A stretch of DNA of 63,510 bases, counting the filler, from Octopus bimaculoides (Eukaryota): NCBI RefSeq assembly GCF_001194135.2. It is 7 parts of 6 records of this genome, joined end to end, with 100 filler letters (N's around TTAATTAATTAA, not from the genome) between each part and the next. Parts side by side here need not be neighbours in the genome. Positions count along the whole stretch, not along the records: positions 52,654 to 57,587 come from NC_068985.1; positions 57,688 to 60,566 come from NC_068999.1; positions 60,667 to 63,510 come from NW_026297408.1; 4 more parts are not named here. One strand, 5' to 3'. This document shows positions 52,890 to 63,510 of the stretch, piece after piece. The number at the start of each line of letters is the position of its first letter. The first letter of the stretch is position 1. The notes beneath the pieces were generated by a model that saw only the letters and a list, made by a program, of their open reading frames with translations, made no database searches and had not been told where the DNA came from. A program made the position numbers and the translations under genes.

Positions 52890-54775
52890 AGAGTGCGAGA
52901 GAGAGAGAAAGAAGAGTGCGAGAGAGAGAGAAAACAATCAGACAGAGAAAGAAAGAGAGAGAGAGGTAGAGAACGATTTCGCATCAATCTTATAGGTACC
53001 TGATAATTATACAATCGGTTTGTCTGTGACTCTCTTTACCTATCAGCGTATTTGTATGTGTGTATTATACACACGCGGGCGGGCGCGCACTCACACACAC
53101 ACACAGATGTGTGTGTGTGTGTGTGTGTACAGATGTTGAGAACTGGCAGAATCGTTACCACACTTAGCAACGTTTCTTCCAGCTCTTTAAGTTCTGAGTT
53201 CAAATGCTGATGAGGACAGCAAAACATTCAGATAGACGATACAGGAGTTTTCTTTCATCAGTCGAGTTCCAGATTATCTTTGCAATTTCGGCTGGTTATA
53301 CTCGAGATTGCTCAAATCTGACCAGCCCCAAGGAAAAACTAAACCAAGAGCATTAGATTCTTTGGAAGAAAGCAACGAATGTATACGAAAACAAGGACGG
53401 AAAAACGCACACACACACACACNNNNNNNNNNNNNNNNNNNNNNNNNNNNNNNNNNNNNNNNNNNNNNNNNNNNNNNNNNNNNNNNNNNNNNNNNNNNNN
53501 NNNNNNNNNNNNNNNNNNNNNNNNNNNNNNNNNNNNNNNNNNNNNNNNNNNNNNNNNNNNNNNNNNNNNNNNNNNNNNNNNNNNNNNNNNNNNNNNNNNN
53601 NNNNNNNNNNNNNNNNNNNNNNNNNNNNNNNNNNNNNNNNNNNNNNNNNNNNNNNNNNNNNNNNNNNNNNNNNNNNNNNNNNNNNNNNNNNNNNNNNNNN
53701 NNNNNNNNNNNNNNNNNNNNNNNNNNNNNNNNNNNNNNNNNNNNNNNNNNNNNNNNNNNNNNNNNNNNNNNNNNNNNNNNNNNNNNNNNNNNNNNNNNNN
53801 NNNNNNNNNNNNNNNNNNNNNNNNNNNNNNNNNNNNNNNNNNNNNNNNNNNNNNNNNNNNNNNNNNNNNNNNNNNNNNNNNNNNNNNNNNNNNNNNNNNN
53901 NNNNNNNNNNNNNNNNNNNNNNNNNNNNNNNNNNNNNNNNNNNNNNNNNNNNNNNNNNNNNNNNNNNNNNNNNNNNNNNNNNNNNNNNNNNNNNNNNNNN
54001 NNNNNNNNNNNNNNNNNNNNNNNNNNNNNNNNNNNNNNNNNNNNNNNNNNNNNNNNNNNNNNNNNNNNNNNNNNNNNNNNNNNNNNNNNNNNNNNNNNNN
54101 NNNNNNNNNNNNNNNNNNNNNNNNNNNNNNNNNNNNNTATATACACTAGCGAATATAAATGTTTATTGGTTGGTTGGGTTTTTCGTCAACCACGCCATAC
54201 ATAGAATAAAGTGTTAACTTACGAAGAGTAGGATAAATGGATAAGTGCACGTATTTGGCTTGGTGGCAGGCAATGAGTAAAAGAACCCTCGACACAGTGA
54301 GAAAGAAAGAATCAAAAAGAAGACGGTGTAGGTAACAGACTAGTTATGGGCGGAGTTATGTAAATAACAAATTTGTTTCATTTAACTTTATTTTAGAATA
54401 ATATTTTTCTATTGGGAATTAATATTCATTTCATAATTGTGTATAAGCTTCAAGAAATTTGATAAACATCGAGTTTTAACCTCAAAATGAAATACCGCCC
54501 TCCGGGAGGTTTTCTGCTACAATCTGAATAATATTTCACATTTCATTCTCAGTTTGTGTAATTTTTATGTTACGTAACTTCTAATTTTCTCTTTGAAGGC
54601 TTCGTATGACTAATAGTATTCACACTTTTAGTAAATATTTCTTTCATTATTTGATCGCAGTCTTAATTTCTCTGCTTTTAAACTAACTGAAAAGTACAGT
54701 TCTCTATTTAAGAGATGAGGAATTATTTACATCATTTACATTTGACGGATATTTGTCCTCATCTTCTTTGTTGTT

Positions 54776-54821
54776 AACACAACATTTCGGCTGATATACC
54801 CCACAGCCTTCATCAGGTGTC
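54776..54821 (-). ncRNA. Minus-strand copy of the same hammerhead-like motif
   Basis: Revcomp gacac-ctgatga-a-ggctg...cagcc-gaaa-tgtt-gtgtt. Stem II is perfect; one C>T change in stem III. Confidence 0.55.
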
Positions 54822-54981
54822 TTGGGAAAATTTCGAACCTGGGTTGTCATTCCTAAGGTATTTTTCGATGTTATTATTATTATTTTTATTATTCAGGTCA
54901 CTACCTGGAATCGATCTCGGAATCTTGGGGTTAGTAGCAGGCTACTAACCTCAAGATTCCGAGTTCGATTCCGGGCAGTGA

Positions 54982-55044
<63 letters not shown>

Positions 55045-55103
55045 CAACAACAACACGGAACAAATATCTTTGGAATGAGAGCCTAGGTTCGAAATTTCCC
55101 TAA

Positions 55104-55149
55104 GACACCTGATGAAGGCTGGAGGGTATATCAGCTGAAACGTTGTGTT
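55104..55149 (+). ncRNA. Minimal type I hammerhead ribozyme-like motif (Penelope type)
   Basis: Stem I GACAC/GTGTT; core CTGATGA plus an extra A; stem II GGCTG/CAGCT; GAAA; palindromic minimal stem III AACGTT; predicted cleavage after GTT at 55144. Confidence 0.6.
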
Positions 55150-57691
55150 AACAACAAACAAGATGAGGACAAATATCCGTCAAATGTAAATAATGTAAAT
55201 AACGTAACTGAAATGTAGTTCATCTGATACGTGGTCGTCTATTCAAGAAATAACAGGCAACACATGGTTATATTCTAAGGTGTATTGCAGACCAAAGAGC
55301 CATACTAACAAATTCAACTCTAATATCGTTTTTCAAGTTATACCAATGTTGCAATTTCAGGTTACCTCCCGGTAATTTGAAATCGTGTTCAGATTAAGGA
55401 AAACTTAGAAATCTTCCGGGGGATATCTGAAATCGATTTCATTCTACCCTCTATGATTTCAGATTACCCCGTGAAATACTTCCCGAAATGTTCGTCGCCA
55501 TAATACCAAATAAAATATTTCTTCTCCAAGTGTTAGATACACATATGTAAACTAGAGAGTTTTGAGTTTACACGTTGTTGGGTGAAGTGAAAAATGTCGC
55601 GTTTAAAATATGTAGATATATTTTCTGTATAATAAATAACCGTGTATATAAATTGTTTTGTATAGAAATATATTTCGTTTGCAGTTAGATCCTATGGGTA
55701 TTGATATATTTTGTTCTGCATAATATATATTTCGATCACAAGTTTGTTATTTAAAAAAAAGATGCTTTTATTTAAAAAACGCGGACTTTTTAAGACGTCA
55801 TAAAAAGGTTTGGGGATTGATGGGAAAAAAATTCTATTGGACAATTTTCTGTTGATTGTAACAAGTGGTTTTATAAATGATTTCTTTTCTGTAGACATGT
55901 ATATCTATGCATTTTAGTATTCATGACCTACATAAACGCACAACTAAGGATGTTCAGAGATAGGAAACGATTTTCTTTTAATCCCTGCTCACTACGATAA
56001 CACGAACAGTAGAGGTTCCAGCAAATGAGTGGCTGTGACGTAAGGTTCAATCCCACTGCGTGGCAACTTGGGCAAGTGTCTTCCAGGACAGCCTTTGGGA
56101 GAGATAGTTGGATAGATAGATAGATTGATAGATAGAGAGAGGGGATGGCAACATTTTGCTCTTTATCTTTACACTTATATACGCATATACCAATGTATGT
56201 GCATGTATTTCGGCTGTTAAATAAATTCGCTCGTTGTTATTTCAATTAACACGAAAAATATTTTTGTTGCAGGTTTTATTATTATTTTTTTCCCTTCTCT
56301 TTAGCTCTACTCTTCCTCTGCAACTTTTGTTCGTCGGCTTTGAAATTTGATTAAATTTCACCTCTTTTCAGACATATGACGATTGAAAGTAGAAAAAAAC
56401 AAAAAAACAAAAATAAAAAAAACGAAACAATTTATCTGATAGCCCAATACTTAAACATTTTGTATTGTAGTCGATATAAATACCAGAGTCTCAGAAAATG
56501 GATTTGATGCAGTTTGGCTTTAGTTTGCAGCAAAATTGATAAAACTAAATATAAAATTATTAAAAAAGAGAACTTCGATTGTCATATCACAATTTTTTGC
56601 AATAAACGTCGCAATACTATTTTGTCTTTCAAACTTAAAAGTTGATAAAATAGATATGTGTTATATGTCGACTATNNNNNNNNNNNNNNNNNNNNNNNNN
56701 NNNNNNNNNNNNNNNNNNNNNNNNNNNNNNNNNNNNNNNNNNNNNNNNNNNNNNNNNNNNNNNNNNNNNNNNNNNNNNNNNNNNNNNNNNNNNNNNNNNN
56801 NNNNNNNNNNNNNNNNNNNNNNNNNNNNNNNNNNNNNNNNNNNNNNNNNNNNNNNNNNNNNNNNNNNNNNNNNNNNNNNNNNNNNNNNNNNNNNNNNNNN
56901 NNNNNNNNNNNNNNNNNNNNNNNNNNNNNNNNNNNNNNNNNNNNNNNNNNNNNNNNNNNNNNNNNNNNNNNNNNNNNNNNNAAAAAAAAAAAAAAAAGAA
57001 GAAGAGAACTACAATGAGCGAGTTACGGGAAATTACTAAAAAGTATGGATGTCTGACATCATATGTGTTTATAAAAACAGACTTTTCGTCGAGCATAATT
57101 AATCGATTTTACCATTGAAGTCAAGCACCTTTGATCTCCCTGCCTGAACGGATGATTAACAGAAAATTTACTGCGAGGAACGACTTTATTCCGGTAAAAA
57201 GAATATTATACAAGAAGCAGGAAAAAAAAAAAGAAGAAAAAAGAGCCCAAGAATAAATACAAAATTAAATAATATAAAAAACAAGAAAAATCAATGTGAA
57301 GTATTGCATTTTTGAGATAATTCAATATAGATATCAAATATCAGAGAAAAGTGTTAAGTTTCCCGACAACCTGGGCGCTTTGAATATAATGGTGGTGGTG
57401 GTGGTGATGATGGTGCTGTAACTGCTGCTGCTGCTGATCCTGGTGAAGGTGGTGATGGTGGTGGTGTTGGTGCTGATGATAGTGGCGGTGCTAGTGGTGC
57501 TGGCAGTGGTGGAGGTGGTGGTGGTAGTGATGGCGGGTTGGTAGTAGCAATGGTTGCGGTGGTGATGGTGGTGGTGTGGTGTAGGTGNNNNNNNNNNNNN
57601 NNNNNNNNNNNNNNNNNNNNNNNNNNNNNNNTTAATTAATTAANNNNNNNNNNNNNNNNNNNNNNNNNNNNNNNNNNNNNNNNNNNNTATA

Positions 57692-57723
<32 letters not shown>

Positions 57724-58904
57724 CAAAAATGAAACAAGAACGCAACAGTGACAACAAAACATCCAGACAGTTAGATGATACAAAAAGGGACAAGGAAAAA
57801 CGAGGACGGGTCATTCAGAGTTTTGTATCCTCAATCGAGTTCCAGATCATCTTTGCAGTTTCGGCTGGTTATACTCTAGACTGCTCCAATCTGGCCAGCC
57901 CCAAGAAAAATCGAATCTAAGAGCACTAGATTCCTTGGAAGACAGCAGCGAATGTATACGAAAACAAGGACGGGAAAAAAACGAGAAATAGTACACAAAT
58001 ACAAATGCAAACAACAGGACATTAATAACAGGTGTCTTTCGACTAAGGACGAATTAAATTAAGTTGGCGTGTGTGGAAGTGAAGCCTTACGGTAGGGACA
58101 TAAGAGATGACAGGCATGGGAAGGAATATACATGTTGCACGGATAGTAGTCGAACCAAGAAAGAAAGGTCAGGCTTGGCAGAGTTAGAGGGATAGAAGAA
58201 TTAGGGAGAGACGAGAAAGAAAAAAGAAAAGGGACAGACTGAAGTGAAAGCGGAGGGAAGGTGATAAGGAAAGGAAGGCCAAGAAATACATACACATATG
58301 TACATACATATATTTGTATATACATGCATATATGGTCACAGGACACCAATGAACGTAAACAATATGAAATACGAAAAATGAAAACACGGAATACGAACTT
58401 TTTTGCGAACAACAAAAGAAACAAATGGAAAACAAGCCAAGTAACATGAAAAAACGACCCTTCATCAGTTGTTGGCTGTTTTTCTACTTCGTATTTCGAG
58501 CAATTCACAACAAGATACGTTTTCGACATAACAGTTACTCCTGCAAAGCAAATTAAATAAACTTTGAGATTTTGTGGAGGGTCAAAGTTGATAACTAAAA
58601 CAAGACAGTGAAAACAAACAGGGAGGGCTGCTAAGCCTAGACGAGTTGAGTTTGTGAACGCGGAGAAACAAGCTCTGACAGGAGACAGACAAAAATGTGT
58701 CCCATCCCTGTGGCTGATCAGAGAGAAAGAAGGAAATTCAAGTTATGAAAAGAAAGATGGTCGACGGTCACGTGTGAGCAAAAGCGGAAAAGTGAGGGAG
58801 AGAACGGGACAGACATAGAACGGCGAAGGGAAGAGGAAAAGAAAGGAAGAGAGAGGAAGCGAAAGAGGGGAGGAAAAGAGACAGAAAGAGATAGGAAGCA
58901 TCGC

Positions 58905-59450
58905 ACAGGGTGCGGTGAATAAATTGTCTAAATTACGCAAAAATGAAAATAACACTGACATCTCATTTTAACAGATATATTTACCAAAATCTCATACAAA
59001 TATCTTAGAATACTAAAGAGTAAATTTATTCAATGAAATGCCATTGGCTTCAACCACGGCATCCAGAACACTTAGGAATCTCCTGCAATTCTTCTGGACG
59101 GTCTCTTTGTTTAAGTTGGTGAATGCTGCCATAATCCTTGCCTTCAGTTCATCGTTGGTGTTACAAGGAGTTTCGTTGGTCTCTCACTCAGCTGCGCCCC
59201 ACACATGATAATCAAGGGGGTTGCAGTGTGGGGAGTTAGGTGACCAACTGTTAGAGATGATGTGATCGCAGAAATTGTCTGACAGCCATGACTGGGTTCT
59301 CTTGCTTGTGTGGCATGATGCAGAGTCCTGTTGCCAGACACAGGGTCTTCCAGTAGCCACCCTCTTGACCTAGGGCAGCACTACCCCGTCCAGGCACTTG
59401 ATGTATGCCTCAATGTTCAATCTGAGGTCGTTTGGGAAGATGAATGGAGG
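58905..59450 (-). mobile_element. IS630-Tc1-mariner DD37D (maT) transposase C-terminus and terminal repeat
   Basis: VWQQDSASCHTSKRTQSWL...WSPNSPHCNPLDYHVWG, with 37 residues between the second and third catalytic D and two in-frame stops. The end cagggtgcggtgaataaattgtc lies near 58905. Confidence 0.85.
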
Positions 59451-59454
59451 CACA

Positions 59455-59620
59455 CACAGACACGACAGACTTCTTTCAGTTTCCACCAACTAAATCCACT
59501 CACAAGACTGTGATCAACCCTGGGATAATAAAAGATACTTACCCAAGGTGCAATCTGTGAGACTGAACCAGGAACCATGTGGTTGGGAAGCAAACTTCTT
59601 ACCATGCAGTCATGCCTGAG
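59455..59620 (-). mobile_element. SINE family A 5' part adjoining the maT remnant
   Basis: ttctttcagtttccaccaactaaatccactcacaag...gaaccatgtggttggg. Confidence 0.75.
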
Positions 59621-59621
59621 C

Positions 59622-59679
<58 letters not shown>

Positions 59680-59999
59680 GTGTGCGTGCGCGCGCGCGTG
59701 TGAGTTTGTATGCGTATATTTTTTAACTTTTCCAAAAGTTTCTTCAGTATAAAATTATATTGCTTTAAAACAGCAGCTTGTATTGTGATGTGTTCAAATA
59801 TATTGTTTTAGAGCATGAATTTTATGTGCATGTCATATTTTATTGATTTAGTCTGGCTGACCAGTACTATGCCATAGAAGATACATTGAATATTGAAGAA
59901 ATTAGTCTGTGAAAAGTTCTGCAGCTGTGGCCAGTCGTCAATAGAACAGCTGAAAACAGTCATTTTTACTTATCTAACGTAAGATCTACAGCTGAAAAC

Positions 60000-60280
60000 T
60001 ATATAACGTTTTGTGTGAGTGTGTTTAACTAATAAATTAAGGAAGTGATATAAGAAAAAAAAGAAGCGGAAAGATTCTGAGAAGTAGAATGACAATAACC
60101 ACTTCAGGTTCAACAGATAGATTTTATCATCAAGATTTATGAAGGATATAAAATTGTAATGACAACGATATTGTTTACCTGTTTTAGTAATCTGGCAAAA
60201 AAAGGAGATTGAATTCAGATACCATGTGAGTGTTTTTAACATATTATTTTCATTCAGATCTTGTGGTACCATGGGTTATG
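60000..60280 (-). mobile_element. Possible very decayed mariner fragment
   Basis: VPQDLNENNMLK...ITKTGKQYRCHYN loosely resembles mariner WVPHEL.E.N...IVTGDEKW..Y.N. Confidence 0.3.
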
Positions 60281-60909
60281 ATTACCACTTAGGGAAAGGA
60301 CAGCAGAGGAGGAGGATGAGGATGAGTTTGCATGTCAATTTCGTAGATTAAGTCAGATTTTTCTCAAGGGCATAAGTATAGTTGGCTGTGGGTTAAAATT
60401 AGCTTTGCAACCAAATGGTACTAAGTTGAGTCAACTGCATGGAATACTCATCTTATCTCTCTTACTCTCTCTCTCTCTCTCTTACTCTCTCTCTCTCTCT
60501 CTGTCACTCTCTCGCTCTCACTCTCTTTCTCTCTCTTTCTCTCTCTCATTTTATACATACATTTATNNNNNNNNNNNNNNNNNNNNNNNNNNNNNNNNNN
60601 NNNNNNNNNNTTAATTAATTAANNNNNNNNNNNNNNNNNNNNNNNNNNNNNNNNNNNNNNNNNNNNTATATATATATATATATTTATTTATTTACTCACA
60701 CCACTAGCAACCTCTTCCTTCTCCGGTCATTTCAGTATGCGGTGACCATCCAGTATAGGCATATTTGTTCTTTCTTTCCCTTTTACAGAGGAAAATCTGC
60801 CCAAAACTCAAAAGATTTTTTGATTTTTCCTTTTATTTTTCCTGATCGTTAACCTTAATATAACTTTGCATGCTTTTACTTTGCTTTCCTGACTTTTTCT
60901 CATTTTTGC

Positions 60910-61340
60910 ACAACACACATACACACATACACACACAACACACATACACACATCACATACTCACATACACACAAACAACACAAACACATACAAACAACAC
61001 AAACATACACACACAACACAAAGACACACACACACAACACACATACACACACAACACACATACACACACAACACACACACACACACATACACACCCAACA
61101 CACATACACACACACACAACACACATACACACCCAACACACATACACACACAACACAAACATACACACACAACACACATACACACACAACACACACACAT
61201 ACACACACAACACACACATACAGACACAACACACACACAACACACATACACATATACGCATATACATACGCGCAACGCACATACACACACACACAGACAA
61301 ACACATACACACATACTCAGATGGACACACACACACACAC
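60910..61340 (+). repeat. Degenerate (CA)n/ACACAAC satellite
   Basis: Read directly from the sequence. Confidence 0.9.
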
Positions 61341-61499
61341 ACAGGTATCCTGTCCCTTGCAACTGCTGTTTCATTACCACCACCACCACCATCATTGCCA
61401 AGAACACCACCACCAACCACTACCAGTACTACCAACTACAACTACAACACCCCCCACCTCCCTCACACCTCATTCTACTACCACCTCTGCTGCCAACAT

Positions 61500-62320
61500 C
61501 ACGTATACTACTACTACTACTACCACCAAAGCCACCACTACCACCACCCATACTACTACTACTACCACCACCCTTACTACTACTACTACTACCACCAAAG
61601 CCACCACTACCACCACCCTTACTACTACTACTACTACNNNNNNNNNNNNNNNNNNNNNNNNNNNNNNNNNNNNNNNNNNNNNNNNNNNNNNNNNNNNNNN
61701 NNNNNNNNNNNNNNNNNNNNNNNNNNNNNNNNNNNNNNNNNNNNNNNNNNNNNNNNNNNNNNNNNNNNNNNNNNNNNNNNNNNNNNNNNNNNNNNNNNNN
61801 NNNNNNNNNNNNNNNNNNNNNNNNNNNNNNNNNNNNNNNNNNNNNNNNNNNNNNNNNNNNNNNNNNNNNNNNNNNNNNNNNNNNNNNNNNNNNNNNNNNN
61901 NNNNNNNNNNNNNNNNNNNNNNNNNNNNNNNNNNNNNNNNNNNNNNNNNNNNNNNNNNNNNNNNNNNNNNNNNNNNNNNNNNNNNNNNNNNNNNNNNNNN
62001 NNNNNNNNNNNNNNNNNNNNNNNNNNNNNNNNNNNNNNNNNNNNNNNNNNNNNNNNNNNNNNNNNNNNNNNNNNNNNNNNNNNNNNNNNNNNNNNNNNNN
62101 NNNNNNNNNNNNNNNNNNNNNNNNNNNNNNNNNNNNNNNNNNNNNTACTACTACTACTACTACCACCAAAGCCACCACCAAAGCCACCACTACCACCACC
62201 CTTACTACTACTACTACTACCACCAAAACCACCACTACCACCACCCTTACTACTACTACTACTACCACCAAAGCCACCACTACCACCACCCTTACTACTA
62301 CTACTACTACGACCACCAAC
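61500..62320 (+). repeat. Compound minisatellite of about 45 bp units (ACCACCAAAGCCACCACTACCACCACCCTT(ACT)n) spanning a gap
   Basis: Units are seen at 61520-61637 and 62146-62310, ending just before the exon acceptor. Confidence 0.85.
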
Positions 62321-62355
62321 ACTATTACGCTCTCTTTCTCTGTCCTTTGCTACAG

Positions 62356-62476
62356 GAACTGAAGGACACCAATCAATATGTAAAGAGTGAAACCGAAGCG
62401 CTGGAGCGAGAACAGACACAGATTGACGAGCGTGCTGCAAGCCTGGAGATGGAGCTACGGACAGTCATGAAGAAAG
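62356..62476 (+). CDS. EHBP1: Internal coding exon, N-terminal part of a bMERB/DUF3585 Rab-binding domain; EH domain-binding protein 1-like
   Basis: Pyrimidine tract and ctacag acceptor at 62354-55; AAAG|gtgagt donor at 62477. 121 nt, phase 0 to phase 1. Reads ELKDTNQYVKSETEALEREQTQIDERAASLEMELRTVMKK(G), which parallels the recalled vertebrate EHBP1 segment FKDTSQYVVGELAALENEQKQIDTRAALVEKRLRYLMDTG. MICAL/MICAL-like proteins also carry bMERB, so orthology needs a search. Confidence 0.8.
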
Positions 62477-62961
62477 GTGAGTGAGGGTTGGCCAGAGCTA
62501 GAAATACTCAGATATATATATATATGGAGAAATGCACAGATATTTAATAAATCTTTGTCAGTTTAAAAACAGGCTTGCATCGGTGAAAGTGGATTGACTA
62601 GAGATGTAAATTCACAGATTTTATATCCTTGTCAGTTTAAAAACACTGATATAGGCCTGTATCAATGAAGGTGTATTACTGAAAGTGGATCGACTAGAGA
62701 TGTAAATTCAGTATGGTGGTGCTCCAGTATGGCCACAGTCAAAAGACTGAAACAAGTACAAAAAAAAAATTTTTTAAATAAAAGATATATATATAAAGTG
62801 TAGTATATTGCCACTTAAGTGTGGCTGACCCCTAGGGGTGGATGTTACTGTTGCTTTTAGCCCCAGGAGGACATCTCCTCCAGCTGGCTTATCGACACAC
62901 TACTGTGTCCTGTTTGCCAAGGGAAGTAGAGAATTAACATTGCTTATATATATATATATAT

Positions 62962-63510
62962 ACATAATTAAGGGATCAGCAAATAGTTGCTTCACCACAT
63001 ACCGAAGTTCAGAAATAGCAGCTAAAAAGCTGAGACTTCAACAGATAGCATTACTTGTAACTCACAAAGGCATACCGATGAAGGAAATGGGGTGTTATCG
63101 CTCCTAATCCAGAAACGCGTTTATGATTAACTTCGACTGGTTAGTTTTCATTGTTTTTCTTCTTGTTTTGCCTTTGTGACTTACAAGTAATACTATCTGT
63201 TGGAGTCTCAGCTATTTAGCTGCTATTTCTGAACTTCGGTATGTGGTGAAGCAACTATTTGCTGATCCCTTAATTATGTTTATAAATGTATAAGAACTTT
63301 TAAATAAGTTCTCCACCGATAATGGTGTTTACATACCGAAGGGCTTGGTAAAAATTATTAATTGTTAATTTATTAATAAATTAACAATTAATAATTTTTA
63401 CCAAGCCCTTCGGTATGTAAACACCATTATCGGTGGAGAACTTATTTAAAAGTTCTTATACATTTATAAACATAATTAAGGGATCAGCAAATAGTTGCTT
63501 CACCACATAC
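62962..63510. repeat. Nested inverted repeats: A (62962-63071), spacer, A' (63170-63279), plus a perfect palindrome 63239-63510
   Basis: A and A' are near-perfect reverse complements. The palindrome is centred at 63374/63375 with no spacer and runs off the window end. Confidence 0.9.

Larger units (their letters stand above)
54695..55202. mobile_element. Head-to-head fold-back of a tRNA-headed, hammerhead-tailed repeat
   Basis: Centre ttagtagc-ag-gctactaa (54931-54948). Each arm has a B-box-like gagttcgattcc segment, (TAA)n and an about 150 bp tail. A third copy lies at 24683-24816. Confidence 0.85.

Noticed and set aside
57390-57590. Gly/Ala-rich reading (GGT/GAT/GCT runs)
   Set aside because: Degenerate trinucleotide repeat with no splice signals; cut by a gap.
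60789-60830. Strong acceptor ttttacag followed by EENLPKTQK
   Set aside because: No GT donor before the stop and T-rich sequence; it may be a decoy or alternative 3' site only.
61321-62484. 387 aa Thr/His/Tyr-rich ORF (and overlapping 60870-62390) suggesting a mucin-like protein
   Set aside because: It is a translation of trinucleotide minisatellite and N gap. A proper acceptor at 62354-55 shows only 62356-62476 is exonic.

Overview
AT-rich, microsatellite-saturated eukaryotic draft scaffold with about 5 kb of N gaps. The repeat content (tRNA-derived SINEs with internal microsatellites, Penelope/RTE/Tx1 retroelements) looks like a coleoid cephalopod, most like Octopus; this is inferred from repeat recognition only. 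One host coding exon is well supported: 62356-62476 (+), the start of a bMERB (DUF3585) domain most like EHBP1. The rest is probably intron or upstream sequence filled with decayed elements: an RTE LINE, a CR1-like fragment, an RLE-type (R4/Dong-like) fragment, Tx1/L1-like pieces, a Penelope RT/GIY-YIG remnant, mariner and DD37D (maT) transposase remnants, three SINE families and several fold-backs. Almost all ORFs in the supplied track are microsatellite or gap artefacts. The most interesting signal is a set of minimal hammerhead-ribozyme-like motifs in several distinct repeat families. The clearest sits in a small element built as tRNA-like head + (TAA)n + hammerhead tail, present as a head-to-head fold-back at 54695-55202 and as a third copy nested in a SINE. 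Another lies inside a nested palindrome about 0.5 kb downstream of the exon. All translations and folds were done by hand; no searches were run, and repeat boundaries are approximate (tens of bp).
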